Below, piece by piece: positions 1-15,195 of a DNA stretch of 64,000 nucleotides. Position numbers and translations under genes: made by a program. The stretch is from positions 41,602,001 through 41,666,000 of the forward strand of contig OZ320317.1 of the NCBI GenBank assembly GCA_976226885.1, in the 5' to 3' direction. The stretch's first letter is position 1. Every line of letters starts with the position of its first letter. A model generated the notes under the pieces. It was not told where the DNA came from. It did not search any database and saw only the letters and a program-made list of their open reading frames with translations. The stretch is from Iphione sp. A-MEVVRFRX5 (taxonomy: Eukaryota).

Positions 1-3000
1 CCTTTTTGGCGGCGTTCAAAGATCAATTAGCCTTTCCTGAGTTGTCAATAGTAATAACGCCGAGCGGCGCCAGGAGGCGCGAGTGAGCCCGTGTGATTGG
101 TTTTGTTTGACTGAGAATTAGGTGATAGAAAAACTAGGGACTGATTATGAGGAAATAACGACTGTTTCCATGTAAGAATGTTCGAATCAATACAGAAACA
201 GACATGCTCTTGTGCCAAGACGTCTCAAAATCAACACACATTTGTATCCAGATTCCTAAGAGCAAATTGTATGGAAAGTCAATTTCAATATTCACATGAA
301 GTTAACATCTATTTGAGGCAATGATTATTTGCCGGTAGGAAGGTGCATTGAAATATAACCACTTACTGGTGATCAAATGTCAACTGAAATAACAATTCGT
401 CAAAAGAATTTGGCATATATGCTCCAAGATTAGGAGAAGAATATGTTGGTCTATGCGAAGTGGTCACGGCGGATACGATGTATCAGAAAAGTATTTTAAC
501 TTGTTTGTTAACATTTACTTTACCCTCCCTCCACCAAAACACTTATAGTCCCTTGTCTATATAGTCTGCTCCACCATTCCCCCATCCACACTTAAAGAGT
601 CGTGAACCATCCTTATATCATATATAAACACTTCTATCCAGGAATCTTGCTTCCACCATTGTTTCCACCCTGTACATCCTTCCCTTGATCCCCACCTTCA
701 ACCTCTGCACTGTCTCCTTTCTTAAGGTAAATGTACACCATCGACACACTATCCTGTCAATCTTGCTGTATCACGGCACCCTCATGCCCCATGCCTCATG
801 TCTACTACGTGTATTTACATTTCAGTCTCCATCAGCAGTTTCAAACCCGTAACAAAGTACATAGCTGCATCGCAGGAAACGTTACAGGTTATATCATGTA
901 AGTTGGAAGGATGTATCTATAAAATGTTTAGAACTACAATATCTTTCTGTATTTATTACTGGACCGATGTCAAAGTAACGTTGAGGACAGGAACAGAGAG
1001 ATACAGATAGTGATAGAGATAAAGATCTCTCGTGTATTCTAATGACACGATGGTAGTACTGTAGGTTCGGTCGGGCTTAATTTTCCTCGAATAAACATTC
1101 ACTCCCAACTGTTTTTTTGCGCCACGGAAACTCAATCTGACAGCGGCAATGTCTTTCGTATTATTTTCATTGTTCATATTCTTTTTCTCTTTGTCTGCGT
1201 AAATGAATCTTGACATATTAAGCCTTCCTTCCTAGGTGTTCTCTTTTTATTGTCAATGTCGGCATTCTCACCAGGCACAGTCCGATCGTCATATTTTTAT
1301 GAGCAGTAATTCGACACATACTGTTATTATTCTAAATAATAACAATCCGCTTCTGTTTTTGTGATATTTGAAATTCGATCTATAACCCGTCCGGACTGCG
1401 ACACCCTAATGTCCCTGGGTATTAAAGTATAAGCAGGTTCTGACTATTACCGACCGAGTTTGAGCATTCCACAAATAGGATTGAAAAGCTTCACCAAGCA
1501 ATCCTTAATCCTATGGTTGTTTGCCATCTTTAGTTTATACTATTTCTAGCATTATAATGCCTATTGTTACCTTTTAGTGTTGGCATGGAGGCTCTGTTCC
1601 AATGGCGGTGCGATAGACAACGCAAAGAAATGAATTTGTGTGTGTTTGATGCATAACCAGGGCACTAGCTGTTACCGTTACATTTGAACGCAATGTATAC
1701 AGATGTGAATCTTGGAAGGCAGATTGTTTGTTCGCCAATTTTACTGCAAACAAAGGCATTTCAAGTATATGCTACTTAACCTTAGAGGAAGGTCACGTAT
1801 GACTTTCAGATATAACGTTGCGTGGTTACTTAAGAAAAAAATGCATTTAGAGTATGGGTTGTTCTTTGAAGGCGATATCCCTATCATCAAGTATTCCGTC
1901 AACCGTGCGGCGTCGGTGAAGCCTCTCTCTCGTGCTGCAATTAACGATACAGGCTAATGGCGTGTAGTTGGCATTTAGCTTGGCGAGACCTGGAACAGTG
2001 TTGGGAACAATTCAGCCCAGACAGGAGAACCAGGGATCTGGTTTGATATTTTTTCTTGTAGAGTACACACCGAAGCATGGATTTATTGTTACAACGAGAA
2101 TACAAAAGCATGATGTTGCTCGTGATGTGCAGCACATTTAAAAACGCACCGTCCAGTTCGTCCCCTTAATAATTCTGACAAAGTGCCATTGGCCAGCTTA
2201 AAATACTCTTTAAACTCAGAAACCTGTCGAACAGGCTAATTGCAGTGACAAAGGATACAGAATCTTGGTTACAAAGAGCTTTTTATAAACAATTTATCTA
2301 ATAGTCCGGCCTGACTCGAAGAGCGGAAACAGAAGAATTTGTTCATGTACATGTCTCCATCTCCCTCTTACATAGAAGTTAGATACACGAAACAAACACC
2401 AACGTCGCCTTTCCTTTATGTACACCACCAGTAGTGCAGGTAAGCCTAGAGTATTTGGTTTACACGGTGGAGTTGATATCATTTAGAAAGAAATGATTTA
2501 TAAGACGCTTCATGTCACAATCTTGATATTATCCGGATAGACGCCTTTGGTGTTGGCTAACTCTTCGAGGGCGGTCACTTATTACATTATACTCACTATA
2601 CCTCTCAATAGCTGATGAATTATTCAACATGTTGCTTTCAGCAAGATCCCGATAGGGCTGGAACAACACTTTTTTAAAGAGCACTGTTTTGATGAGACTA
2701 TATCGCAGGTTTGATTATCAGGCTATCGTTGCTGTGAAAATACCTACGAAACTTCAAGTCATCGAAATTTAGGAGATGAATGGTTAATCACTTATTTTCA
2801 TGATGGTGTAAAGGAGATTTGCTTCTATACCAGCCATTTACTTATTACGTTGAATTCAATAGCACATAGCTTCATTAGGTACCGTCAAATATACCACCGT
2901 TGTTGTCCGTGACAAGCTGTTTCCACGTAAACCGTCGTAAAAACGCTCTTGCAGTTTCACCGATAATGCATGACCACCCTCGCAGATCAACCATAGCATA

Positions 3001-5174
3001 TCATTTCCCCCTCCGTGGTTCCTTCCAGCAGCATCAGGTGGAAAGGATCTGGGAGGAGAAAAGCGTGTTCCCCCGACACGTGTGAGGCACACGGCCAGTT
3101 AACAGGCTAGAGACCTGGGAGCTGTACGGAGGGAGGACGAGGACTTCTAAAGGGAAGTAGGGAGGGATGGGAAGGGGGCTCTGGGGAAGGGCCTCGTGCT
3201 TGAATGGTGAATGGTGGGGTGGGATGTTGGATATATAATTGTTTGGAATTCAGAATCTGTGGTGTCTAAAATTTTGAATCATTTATATAAATTTAGTGTT
3301 GAAAACACTGGTTTATTAAATAGACAAAGTGTAAAAGATATGAAGTAAACGCATCCATTTTTATTAGAAAAAATGTTCCCGACCAATTTGTTATTCGAGA
3401 GGATCCATGATGTGCTAGAAACCATTTGCGCAGTAGTTTTAATATTGGGGATTTGTCATTTATGAGGCTTTCGCAATATCTCTTGCAGTGTTTAAAGTTC
3501 AGGTGAATGGGGTCAGGTTTCAGTTCCGTTCGGTATGGTCTCAGGTGTTACTTATAATCCTCCGACACAGTGGGGAATTGCCGTTAAAGTCATGTGTGCC
3601 TGAAGGTCCGGTTAAGCTTATAAGTTTTAAGGGATGGAGATTACTACAGGACTTATGGTTCACTAGGACATATGAGTGATTGAAGGAAGACCGTTCGGAG
3701 TACTTGTAAGCGCCTGGGTAGGAAACGCACACATCTACTGCTGACTCTTTAGGTGACATGATCTTTATATTTCATTTATCTTCTCAAATTAACGCCTCTC
3801 CCCATACGTTACTTACTACTTCCCCTAATGGCTTAAATCATATTTGATGGGTTTCTGTTATTCTCTCATCCTATTTGTGTCATACTGACATGTTGTTTGT
3901 ATGCAAGTGTGTTTGTACAGTGGAAGCTCTATTTAAAACTACCCCTTGGGTCCCACCAAAAGTGGTCTGATTAGTGAGTTTGGTCACAAATTGATAATAG
4001 TTGAATATAGAAATCAATAATTCTGTACCCAAGCCAAATGGTCTGAAATTGAATTTGGTCGCAAAGAGGAATGGTCTTAAATAGAGTTTCTACTGCATAT
4101 CTGCATCTCCCATCCTTGTTTACGAAGGTTTCCGGTTTTCTCTCTATTTCTCCCACTCTTTTTCTGGCTGTCTGTCTTTGTCTCGTTGTCTCTGTTCATG
4201 TCGCCTTCTCTCCTTCCTCCGATTTGCCTCTGTGCCTGAGTTGCATACCCCCCTCCCCACCTCTACACTCACGACTGCTCATCTCCAGTCGCCTGTTTCT
4301 TGCGGTTAGCGAGCAGGGGAGCTGCTCGCGCTGAGCGCATCGGGTATGGGTTTGCCACGTGACCACACTCTCCGTCCAACGGCTTGCTCATGAACGCACA
4401 TCTCTGACCTGAGTCCAATGGGGTCTTTTGGTGTTTACTTCCAGCTTTGTGCTGGCTTTGTCTGGCCCTAGAGCTCTTCCTAAATTTGGTCATTCCACGT
4501 GGAACGCTCTGTTTTGTACTACCGTTTCATTCTTTTTTCTCTTTCCTCTCTGTCTTTCTTTTCTCTTTCGCGTCGTCAGACTTCCCACTTTTCAATCTTT
4601 GCCTTCTCCTGAAGTGTTTTTGTCTTCTCCGAACTCATCATCCCGTCTTTCATTCTCCATCATCCTGTGTCGCTTTTTTATAATATATTTAGCATTGTTG
4701 TCCATGCATCATAAGGATGATGTGCTCGGACGAGGGCCCGTATGACGTTAAAGAATGGCATTAGGATGGATCGGATGGCTGAATCGACTCATCACCACAA
4801 CTCCAATACAAACATACATATTATATATATAACAATCCATGAGCATATCATCAATTTTGTGGGACGCATTGATCAGAAGATATCTATATCCACAGAACCT
4901 TGCAAAGATAAATCCTCCCAAATATGTGCATACATACACTCACATGGACTCACATACACGCCGTCAGAGTTGACTATAGATTAGGCGGAGCGTGGCCGTC
5001 ATGGTCTACCGTTCACTTCAAGGATGACACTCCGGGGAGTATTGGATGGTTACTCAGGCAGAACTGTCGGGTTAATTAATAGTCTCTCAGCATCACTGTC
5101 TACGGTCAGGAGTTAGTATCTGCCAGTCCCTGTATGCAGAGCTTCCCCTGTGTCTATCCCGCCCTTCGAGCGAC

Positions 5175-5337
5175 NNNNNNNNNNNNNNNNNNNNNNNNNN
5201 NNNNNNNNNNNNNNNNNNNNNNNNNNNNNNNNNNNNNNNNNNNNNNNNNNNNNNNNNNNNNNNNNNNNNNNNNNNNNNNNNNNNNNNNNNNNNNNNNNNN
5301 NNNNNNNNNNNNNNNNNNNNNNNNNNNNNNNNNNNNN
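5175..5337. other. Assembly gap (163 N)
   Basis: Run of n from 5175 to 5337. Confidence 0.99.
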
Positions 5338-8300
5338 CTGTCCCGTCTGTTTTTTATGGGAAATCTGTTTTCATGCTTGCTCTACTAGAGGGACACTATC
5401 TTCCCTGCCCTATCATATCTGTCTGTCTCCGGTCCAACATTGAACAAATTACATTCCACCTATTATTCGGAAAAAACAATGTGCGAATGCCATGCACCAT
5501 TTTCATGAAACGTTCTTCCATCTCCACCTTTTCGGGCGTTCTTTCTGCTTGGACAGGGTTTCTGTTGGTGATTTCCATCACCCATGATATAAAGTTTGCA
5601 TCGAAGTGGCATGGACCGCCATCAAAACATAATGGTCCATCATCACGACGTGTATCAAGCTAAGTCACGTGACCGCTGACGTGTACGTGGGACGTAATGG
5701 GTTTTAAATTAAATTTTCTCAACAGCAAATCCAACCTGTATAGTGGCGTGCCCATGTGAAAGATTGCATTCGGTCTCGGGCGGAGCGTGTAAATGGCTGC
5801 AAGAATTATACGAAGTGACATAGTGGTGTCTGCGTAAAGGGCCGGGAGCAGTTGATTTATTGTTTTGATGACGATCTACTTAGCAATAGTCAAGAATAAC
5901 ACTATTTCTAAATGCATGGTGTGCCCCGTCTACAAAAAGAGGCTGTAATAGACTAATTATATGATCGAACTATATTACCCCTTCCACAATCCCAATATAT
6001 TGTTGTGTCCCTGGTTCCTGAATCCGCACATCTGACCTGTTCTTCCTCCATCCCTCACCTCTTCTTCTAATAAATAACCCCTTCCTTTCCCTCTCACTTT
6101 GTCAGTCATGTCTACTCTATTAAAGGGCATCTCCGGTGAATATTTGTACGTTTGCCTGTGTAGATTCGTTAGGTGTCTCTGTTTTTTCTCCCAGTATGGG
6201 CAAGCGCATGTGCGTGCGAGGGAGTGTCTGAGCGTACATGTGTAAGCACGTCTATGTATTTGCTCCCGTCTGGGTGGACGTGTATCGGTGGGGGCCAGGG
6301 CGAGGCACGTGTCACTCTGTCTGCTTCCACCCCCAACTTGGCCACCATGCAGCTCACCAGGAGACCCATCCGTCAAACAACACCCCTCCCCCTCCGACTC
6401 ACCCTCCCTGCCCACATGCTTGCACACCCCCTCCCATCCGAATCCTTTCTTCTCAATTTGTCTTTTTTTCTGCTTGGAACTTTCCTACCTTTCCTACTTG
6501 CTTGACTAATTCGTCTTCCTTCACAAAGGCCGCTTTCTCCAGGGGTGGCCTGGGAGGGAGAGGATTCGGGGCAACATCTCTGCTTGATCCTAGGCAAGGC
6601 CTCTTGTGGCCCCATAACTGGTTTGATTTAGCCTCTTACGTATCGAAAATCAGTCTTGATGGTCCAGCATCGATGATATACATAGCTTGATGTTTCCTTT
6701 GATGTGCATCCAAGGAATACCTGTACCAATTCTTCTTTTGTCTCTTTTGTCAGTAATCATGCCCTGTCTTTCGTTCATCTTTGTCTGTAAATGAAAAGTT
6801 TGCTCTTGCCCCCGATGAGCATTATTCCTTCTCTCTGACACCGTCTTATTCTTTAAGAGATTGTGTCACATCTTGGGCTCCCTATCTACTGCTAAAAACC
6901 TTCTCCTCACTCTCTTCTTCTCTTCCCCCCTGCCTCCTCTACTCTTTGTCGCTATTTATCAATCATCTGTCAAAAAACCCTCCCTTGATAAGCTATAAAC
7001 ACGTATTTGGTACATGGAAAACCTTTTTTTCTATTGTACATGATATCAACACACGCGCTATTCAATAGACGGACCAGTGTAACCCATTCACTCCGTTTCC
7101 CTGTACATGTAATTCTGTCTTTATTGTAGCCCTATATCGCAAGCCAGTATCTTCGCATATAAATTCCCTTTTCATCCACACCCTTTTAACGTTAGAGTGT
7201 TCTTTCCTATTCTAACCTCTCTCCTTACATTCTCAGATTCCATGCCCTCATGTTTCTATATCTACATGCACGCCATTATTCAAACCCAACAAAGACCTCA
7301 ATATCCTCAAATCCCGTCCCATGCCCACCCTTTTGACCTCGCCTCATCCATCTGTGTGCAAACACACACAAACACACACACAACCACTAGGATCAACGCA
7401 TTCAAAAATACGAACACTCACTCACCGTGAATCCAACGCACAACCATAACCATAAACAGCAACAAAACACGAATTCGCGTCGGTGCTGGTCTGAATGGAT
7501 TCACGAGGAGATGCTGGTTCCCTGAGCGATAGTGCCAGCATCGATGTTGGCAGGGGAATGGGCGCGCAAGCGGTCAACTGGGAGAGAGCAGGTCAAGGTC
7601 AGTGGTTCAAGGTCATTTGGGTGTTGGTGGTCCCGAAATTGTGTTTGACGTTGTCTAAGGCCAGCACACATATCACAGCAGGCTATGTTTGTATTTGACA
7701 GTGACACGAAGGAGCTTTCTCTAAGCATTATACCTAAAAAGCGGCAGTTGGGATATAAGTTAATTTAGGGAGCACACTATAAGGGACAGAATACAGAGAA
7801 AATAGACCGGGATGAAGAGCAAAGAAGGAAATGATAATAAAACAAATCAGACCCATATATTACATGTACTACAGTGTGCCGTGTGATATTCCAAAAGAGA
7901 TCATCATCATAAAAGTGGAATTTTGCCTCACTCCCAGTCAACACTTGCTGAATAGAAAAAAACATAAACTATGGCACTGGTAGTAGGGGTACAGCTCAAG
8001 TAGCAAAGGTACGAAATGGAATAAAAAAAGCATCCAATAGCAACGACAGAAAAGGTAGCAAGGTTACAAAGGCATCCCACCAGTGGGTAAAATAATCTTT
8101 TTTACTTTACTATACCCCCTACCCTCATCTCTCTTAACCTCAACACTTCTTTTTTCTCCACACTATCTCTCCTGTCTCCCAGTTTCTTGCTGTCTCATTC
8201 CCATATTCATCATCAATTCATTGCAGCATTTCTAGCATAAACTCTATTTCTACTCGTTGGTCTCATTATTGTTCTTGTGTTTGCTTTTCTTCAAGCTTCA

Positions 8301-9034
8301 GCCAAAGGACGATCTCTCTGCTCTCCTTGTCTTTAACCTTATTTTGTCCTCCATCCATCCGGGGCCTTCAACCTCACTGGCGCCCATCCCCCACTTCTTT
8401 CTGCTACACCTTCTTCCATTCCGTTCTCTTTGCCCGTTCTCTTAACCTTATTAATGAATTATTGTCCTCCACGTCTACTGTCCACTCTTCACCCGTATTC
8501 AGCCCCCATCTCACAGGAATTGACTGGTATATTTCCCTCCCCCTCCTCCTCCCCTTCCCCTGCTCCCCCTCCTCCTCTTCCCTCTCTTTCTTGTCCTCTT
8601 CCATCATCTCCTATAAGACCATAGGAGATTTCTCTTTCACACTACACCTGTATCTGAGCTCTTTGCACGTAGACTTTTTGTCCCCTCTTCCATCCGGCCC
8701 CATCCTCAATCTCCTGAGTGTTGAGTTGTTTTTCTCTCCTTGTCCTTCTCTTACTAACACTTTCCTTCCCCCTCCTCCTTCCATCATCTCCTTCGCTCCC
8801 CTCCTGGGAGTTGACAGGTCTCCTTACCAATTATCTAATCGCTTCTTCCCCCTCAGTGACCACCTACCCGGTGCGGCCGTCACGGATGAGTGACCAGGAT
8901 CAATCATAGAGCAATGGCGGTGAGCAGCTCGGCGTGGTGTGATTACCTATCGCTCTCTGACACTCGCCCGCCTCACTCCACACTACTTTCTCTCTTTGTC
9001 TCCGTCTCCGTCTGTCTCTTGCTGTCTCGAAGCC

Positions 9035-9079
9035 TCTGTCTGTCTGTCTGTCTGCCTCTGTCTATCTGTCTGTCTGTCT
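9035..9079. repeat. Imperfect (TCTG)n microsatellite
   Basis: tctgtctgtctgtctgtctgcctctgtctatctgtctgtctgtct read directly. Confidence 0.85.
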
Positions 9080-12000
9080 TTCGTTGTTTCCAGCCGTGGG
9101 GAGGGTCGTTGCGCTTGGTGATTGGGGTACATGGGTGTGGTGCTTGTTGATATAATGGTAAATGATGGCGGTTATATCGTGAGCATGAATTCCATTCAGA
9201 CCGACCGTCTTGGATATCGGTAAACGTTGCCTTTTGCCCTTGACCGGATTTGTCCAACATAAAACACGTCGGAGACTGTTTGGAATGGATTATAGGTCTC
9301 AGACAGGAGGGGGACTCGACGAGGGACTAGAGGACGGGTAGATCCTTGAGGTGATGGGTACCGTAGTACTAAAGAATGAACTGATGGATGGAAGGAACCT
9401 TGAAAGGAAGACGACAGGATGGGATAGATGTTAGGGGACCGTAGATGAAAAGATGCGGGAATAGCTGAGGTATAAAAATAGCGGAGGAAGAGTGTAATAA
9501 AGTGTCCTTGCGCAAGCTATTGTAGTTCCAATATCACTTTTACACTCCAAATCTACGTTGATCCAACGTTGGCTGGTTAACCATAATAAATAGATTCTAG
9601 CAGCCCCTAAGAATTTATTGGCGGAAAACTTGTTACCAAATATAAAGGCAGGAAAACTTTTGCAAGATTTTGAATATTACAAATCCAGAAGAATTAACTA
9701 AAGTTGTCCACCAGGAAATATGAGAGTATTCTAGACACGTCTTAAAATATCAACAGTTAATGTACGCCCAAGCTTAATATTGGGTGCAAGGTGATATTAC
9801 GGCAAGCAATGCTTTATTGTAGCAGACTTGCTTATTGGGAGCTGAGCAAATAGGTACTTTGTATATATGGCTTCAGTCGCCCACAGTTGTTACGAGATGC
9901 ACTGAGTTTGGGCAAACGTTGGTGCAATTTCCTGCGAATGAATATTTGATTACCTGATTCATAAGATTCTTATCAGTCTAATGGTCTAATGTGCAATTAT
10001 GTAAAGTGTTTGCCCTCACTGACATCACACAAGTCTATAACTTAACAAGAGTCTCAAAGGAGAAATTTTGCAGTGAACAAGAGGGCGATTTTCGAGCAGC
10101 AAGAGAAGGTAAGGTGAGTATGAAGAAATTAATATTATACCAATCATACATATAAGAACTTATATTGAGAAAGAAGAGTGAGAGAGACAAAGAGGCACCG
10201 TCATTTATGACAACGGAGAAATAGCGAGGCAGAGACACACAACATATATGTATGCAGATATATTTGAGGTTTCCGGTTTAGAGATGGAGATAGAAGAACT
10301 GTTTCGGATGTGCGAGTTTGGCAGTTGTATATTAAACAAAGGTATTGTATTCGACTGACCACGTGCAGAACGAAAGTGGTACATTCTCTCAATTTAGCGC
10401 TTGTTGGCCAAAGACACTTAATAGCGTCAGACCGTCAGTTTTCAGCTAGATGGGACGGTTATAATCTAAAGTGGCCGGAGGACAGCACCCTTAATAACGT
10501 ACATTACCGACACAACCATAAATATGGCAACCCCAACCCCATATCTTCTACTAGCGGCCTCATAAACACCCTCCCACATTTTGGATCTTGTCGTACACCG
10601 CGTAACCTTGACATTTACTCATGTCCATCAAGGGGCGCCTTTGTATCTTGTGCAAACGCGTGTGGTGTAACCTTCCCGAACATACATTAACGGTTGCCAT
10701 GTGCTGCCAAAGTCGCTCATTTCCTTCTAAGCGAAAAACAAATGTTCGGCACATTCAACAAGACCAACACATTTGACGCCATAATTATGTGATGTTTATC
10801 TAGTATTTATTTAAAACAATATATTATGATTGTAAGATAGTCATGTGGGCCCCTTCCCTTCCCGCAATTAGAAGGTTCATTACTTCATAGGCGTCTCTAT
10901 TTCTTGTACAGGTTACACCAAAGGATCTCACAAATGTTCAGCCAGGTGGATTTAAATCATAGACAACGTGTGCTAAAAGAAAAGTGTGGGCAGAAAGAGA
11001 GGTCGGCAGTGTTTATGTTATTGTTGATACGGCTATACACTTATTCCTGTAACGTCTATACTGTGGCAGCCTTTTTCTCAGTGTACTCCAATTGCAGAAT
11101 CCTTGAGATAAAGCCATTCGAACCAGTCTAGTTTCGGTATAACGGTGTCCAGTTACACGCTGTACTTAAAGCATTTGATTGTTGTTCCACCAGGTGGCAT
11201 TAAAAGTCGTCTGCTTGTCGCAGAACCTAACAGCCTTGGTCTTTCCGCTACTTGCAAAAGCATTGCGGCAGGCATTAAAGGCAGGAAACCGATAGCCTTG
11301 TACGGAATGTCCTTTTGGCAGTCTGACCTTATGAGTTGCCATCACGTGCACATACCTGCCAGGAAATATGGCTTTGCACTGGAAAATAGGAGGATACCTG
11401 AGTCGGCATTCATCTATCATTATCCGAGGCTGTTCGGCAGGTTCTCTGCACTGCCTTCCGTTTGAGTACATACACATCAGACTTAGTAACGATGATTCAA
11501 ATACAACTTTGTTGTCAATATCCTTTGCACTTTTCGCTCTTTTTTCCCCTTTCTCTATATTCCCCCATCCCGTTCTCGTACATTTTTAGTCTGCGTTTCT
11601 GCACCCGTCCTAATTAATCATGAATTCATTTCATATGTCTACAGCTTACCTTGCCTTCATACCTGGAGGCTACAGAGAACGAGAACAACATCATTAGCCT
11701 GAAAGCTGGAATACCCTGATTTATATATAAATGCGCTCCAACTCCTGCACGTCTTCCCTTCTCGTCCTCACTTTACACCTCCCTACTTGTCCGTAAGCTT
11801 CCTTGGTGCCGGAATAACACCTACTTTCTGATTGCCTGATTGAGAGCTCGGATGCAATTGGCTTGATGACAACTGGTCCTGATTGGGTAGCTGACAGCCG
11901 GGACTCTGAGAGTGGTTGTCTGTCTGAAAGTCAACCCCACCCAACAGCAACTGCCTTACCCGTGCAGCCGTCAAGGTCTGACGGTAAAACGAAGATAGAT

Positions 12001-13245
12001 TCATGACTGCATGGTGATAAAGTGTACTGTATTGCTGGCAAAGCAAAACGATCCACTGTGATGATGACGTGTTGAGATAAACCGTTGTACCGACGTGTCG
12101 GCGTTTATCCCCGATTCCTGTCATGTTGGTAACATATTTATTGTGCTCGTTCTTTCCCTTGTTCTTTCTCTCGCCTGGTTCTTATACCGCCAGCCTTCTA
12201 TGTTCCGTAAGGCCAAATATTCATGTGCCCGTAATTTTACATCTGTATTTGAACTCTGTGAAGCCTTGTGGACCATGTCACCATGTTGTTACCATTTCAC
12301 TGTGTTGTCCCCTTGTTTTTGATCTGTATACTAGTGCTGCTCTCTCTGCACCATAGAAATGGGGACTTGTTCCAATCTAAATGGGGACTAACTTGGATGC
12401 ATGGCTACATGAAAATGCCTTAGTTAATAAGCATGGATGCGTAATAGCACAGTGACAACACGGTTACACAGCCATGAAAACAAAGTTGCATGGAAATTTC
12501 ATCCTTAATCAGGTAGAGGATTCTTTGTTTGTGCATGTTTTTCAGTATTTAGGGAAATAACTTATGCATTTCCATAAGACTGTTGCGTATGTGCTGCATA
12601 CGCGCGTGAACGTGGCAATGCGAGCCACATCTGGTTCACATTTCCATGCTTCAATGCCCAGTTTTAGGGTCTAGTAGCACAGGAAAATAGGGATATCTGC
12701 AGGCGGATTTGCTAAAAATCGGTGTAACTTACCAAAGTAATACGATTTTCTAGATAGTTTAGCAATATCATGGGGCCTTTGAGGCACTTTTACCTGGCCA
12801 CCCACTCTTTGTGCTGGTTGGTCTCTTTGCTACTGTGTGTCTCATGGAATTCTCTCTCACTAATCATCTTTCAGTGCTGGTTTCTGTCACAGTCTGGTTC
12901 GTCGGGTTTTAGTTCCACCCCATGAAATATGGTGCCCCAACGTTACAACTCTTTCTTTTGGTTCTTGTCTATTTAACTGCAGTTTCATTCCTCATATACA
13001 TTCATGTCTCCAAAAGGTTTCAAGTGTACTTTTTCTGTTCAAATTCAGGCTGTTTTTGGCCTATTTCTTCAGGTAGCTGTCTTTTTCATGTGTAGATATG
13101 TTACCGTGTGTACGCCTATCCTTTTGTGTAAATTCATATCTCACACTGTTTTCTCTGTCTCTGTTTCTGTCGTGCTTCCACTTTCTATCCTAGTAAGACT
13201 ACACAAGGTTCTTCTTTCAATGTCTTTTCTTTCCCCTTGTCTTTA

Positions 13246-15195
13246 GCCCTCAGAACAGTCTAGTGGACATAGTCATCAAGTGCAACCCCCATTCTATCTG
13301 CAGAGGGAGACATATTACTGACAGACAGGGAAAAGATTCTATTACGTTTGGCTGAACACTTTGATAATGTTTTAAACCAACCTTCCCAGATTAACAATGA
13401 AGCTATTGAGCGACTACCACAGGTACCAATTAATGAAGACCTGAACATGGTTCCCTCTTTAACAGAAATAGAAAATGCCATCAAGCAGCTATCAAGTGGA
13501 AAGGCACCAGGAAGGGATGCCATACCAGCTGAAGCATATAAGCACGGAGGTCCAATACTACTTGAGAATCTAACATCACTCCTACAAAACATCTGGGACA
13601 AGGCCATCTTTTCCTAAAAGTTCAAGGACGTTAAGATCATTCACCTCTACAAAAGGAAAGGGAACCATCAATCCTACAACAAACACAGAGACATATCTCT
13701 TCTATCGATTGCAGAGAAAATTCTTGCCAGAGTCATCCTCAATTGCCTAACTATGCATCTTGAACAAGGCCTCCTACCAGAAAGCCAGAGTGGCTTCCAA
13801 AAGGATAGAGGCACCACTGACATGATCTTTGCAGCTAGACAACAGCAGGAAAAATGCCAAGAACAAAATGTTGAGCTGTATACCATCTTTATTAACCTGA
13901 CCAAAGCTTCCAACACTGTCAGCTATGAGGGCCTATGGAAAATCATGACCAAGTTTGGGTGTTCAGAGAAATTTGTGTTAGGGATAAGAGAATTCCATGA
14001 TGGCATGCAAGCCCAGGTGCTTGACAACGGGGAATTTTCTAAGCCTTTTGTTGTCACAAATGGTGTCAAGCAGGGTTGTGTCCTGGCACCAACCCTATCC
14101 AGCATCATGTTTACTGCAATGCTTCATGATGGCTTCAAATGAGAAGACCCAGGATTTGAAATGAGATTCAGAACTACTGGAAAGCTCCCCAACCTTGCTT
14201 GCTTGAGAGCCAAGACAAAAACCAACACTACTATCCTCAGAGACTTCTTATTTGCTGAGGACTGTGTCCTGAATTCAAGAAATGGAACAGATATAGAACA
14301 CAGCATGAATCTTTTCTCTGTTGCTTGTCTTAACTTTGGACTTACCATCAGTACCAAGAAGACCAACGTCCTTTTCCGACCAGCTCCAGGCCAGCCATAT
14401 GTTGAACCCTGAATCATCATCGGGCATGAACCAATAAAGTGTGCAGACAATTTCACTTATCTTGGCAGCACACTATCTTGTCAAGTTAACATTGATGATG
14501 AGACAGATGCTCGCATCTCCAAAGCAAGCTGTGCCTTTGGACAATTATGTGCATCAGTGTGGGAATGCCGAGACATACTTTTGAACACAAAGCTCAAAGT
14601 ATACCAAGCAGTTGTCCCTTCCATCTGACTCTATGGTGCAGAAACTTGGACAGTATACCAGCATCATGCCAAGAAACTGAACCACTTTCACCTCTTTTGC
14701 CTCAGGAAGCTTCTAAACATCAAATGGCAAGACAAGATCCAGACACAGAGGTGCTAACCAAAATAAGACTTCCCAGTATCTTCACTCTGCTCAGAGAAAA
14801 CTCAGCTATGCTGGGTTGGTCATGTCTATTGAATGCCTGACACAAGACTTCTGAAAATACTTCTCTATAGGGAGCTGACCACTGGAGCAAGATCATGCAG
14901 TTGTCAAAAGAAATATTACAAAGACTCCCTCAAAGCCTCCCTCAAAGACTACAACATCGATGTTTCAAACTGGGAATCCAGCTCTACAGATTGTATGATG
15001 TGGAGGAGCACTATTCACAAGGGAACAGAGGATTTTGAGAAGAAAAGGATTTCCTCTGCACAGTCTGTGAGAGCTGCTCGGAAATTCCTCCAAAGTCAAA
15101 GAGACACACTCACCTCCATAAAATGTTCTCACTGTAACACATCATTTCATGCATGAATTAGCCTCACAAGTCACATGAGAACTCACAAAGAATGA
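13246..15195 (+). pseudogene. Disrupted ORF2 (reverse transcriptase plus C-terminal C2H2 zinc finger) of the RTE element
   Basis: In-frame stops at 13615-13617, 14140-14142, 14410-14412, 14626-14628, 14830-14832 and 15154-15156; frameshifts near 14740 and 14800. The C-terminus reads CSHCNTSFHA*ISLTSHMRTH. Confidence 0.92.

Noticed and set aside
5975-6690. Overlapping 110-150 aa ORFs
   Set aside because: They arise from GC-skewed low-complexity sequence, with no domain motifs or splice structure.
7590-7615. AGGTCAAGGTCA plus AGGTCA nuclear-receptor-like half sites
   Set aside because: tgaccttgacct-type motifs are very common in lophotrochozoan repeats, and there is no other support.
8327-8893. 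188-aa ORF
   Set aside because: It lies in a pyrimidine tract that lacks stop codons for compositional reasons; the product is S/P/L/F low complexity.
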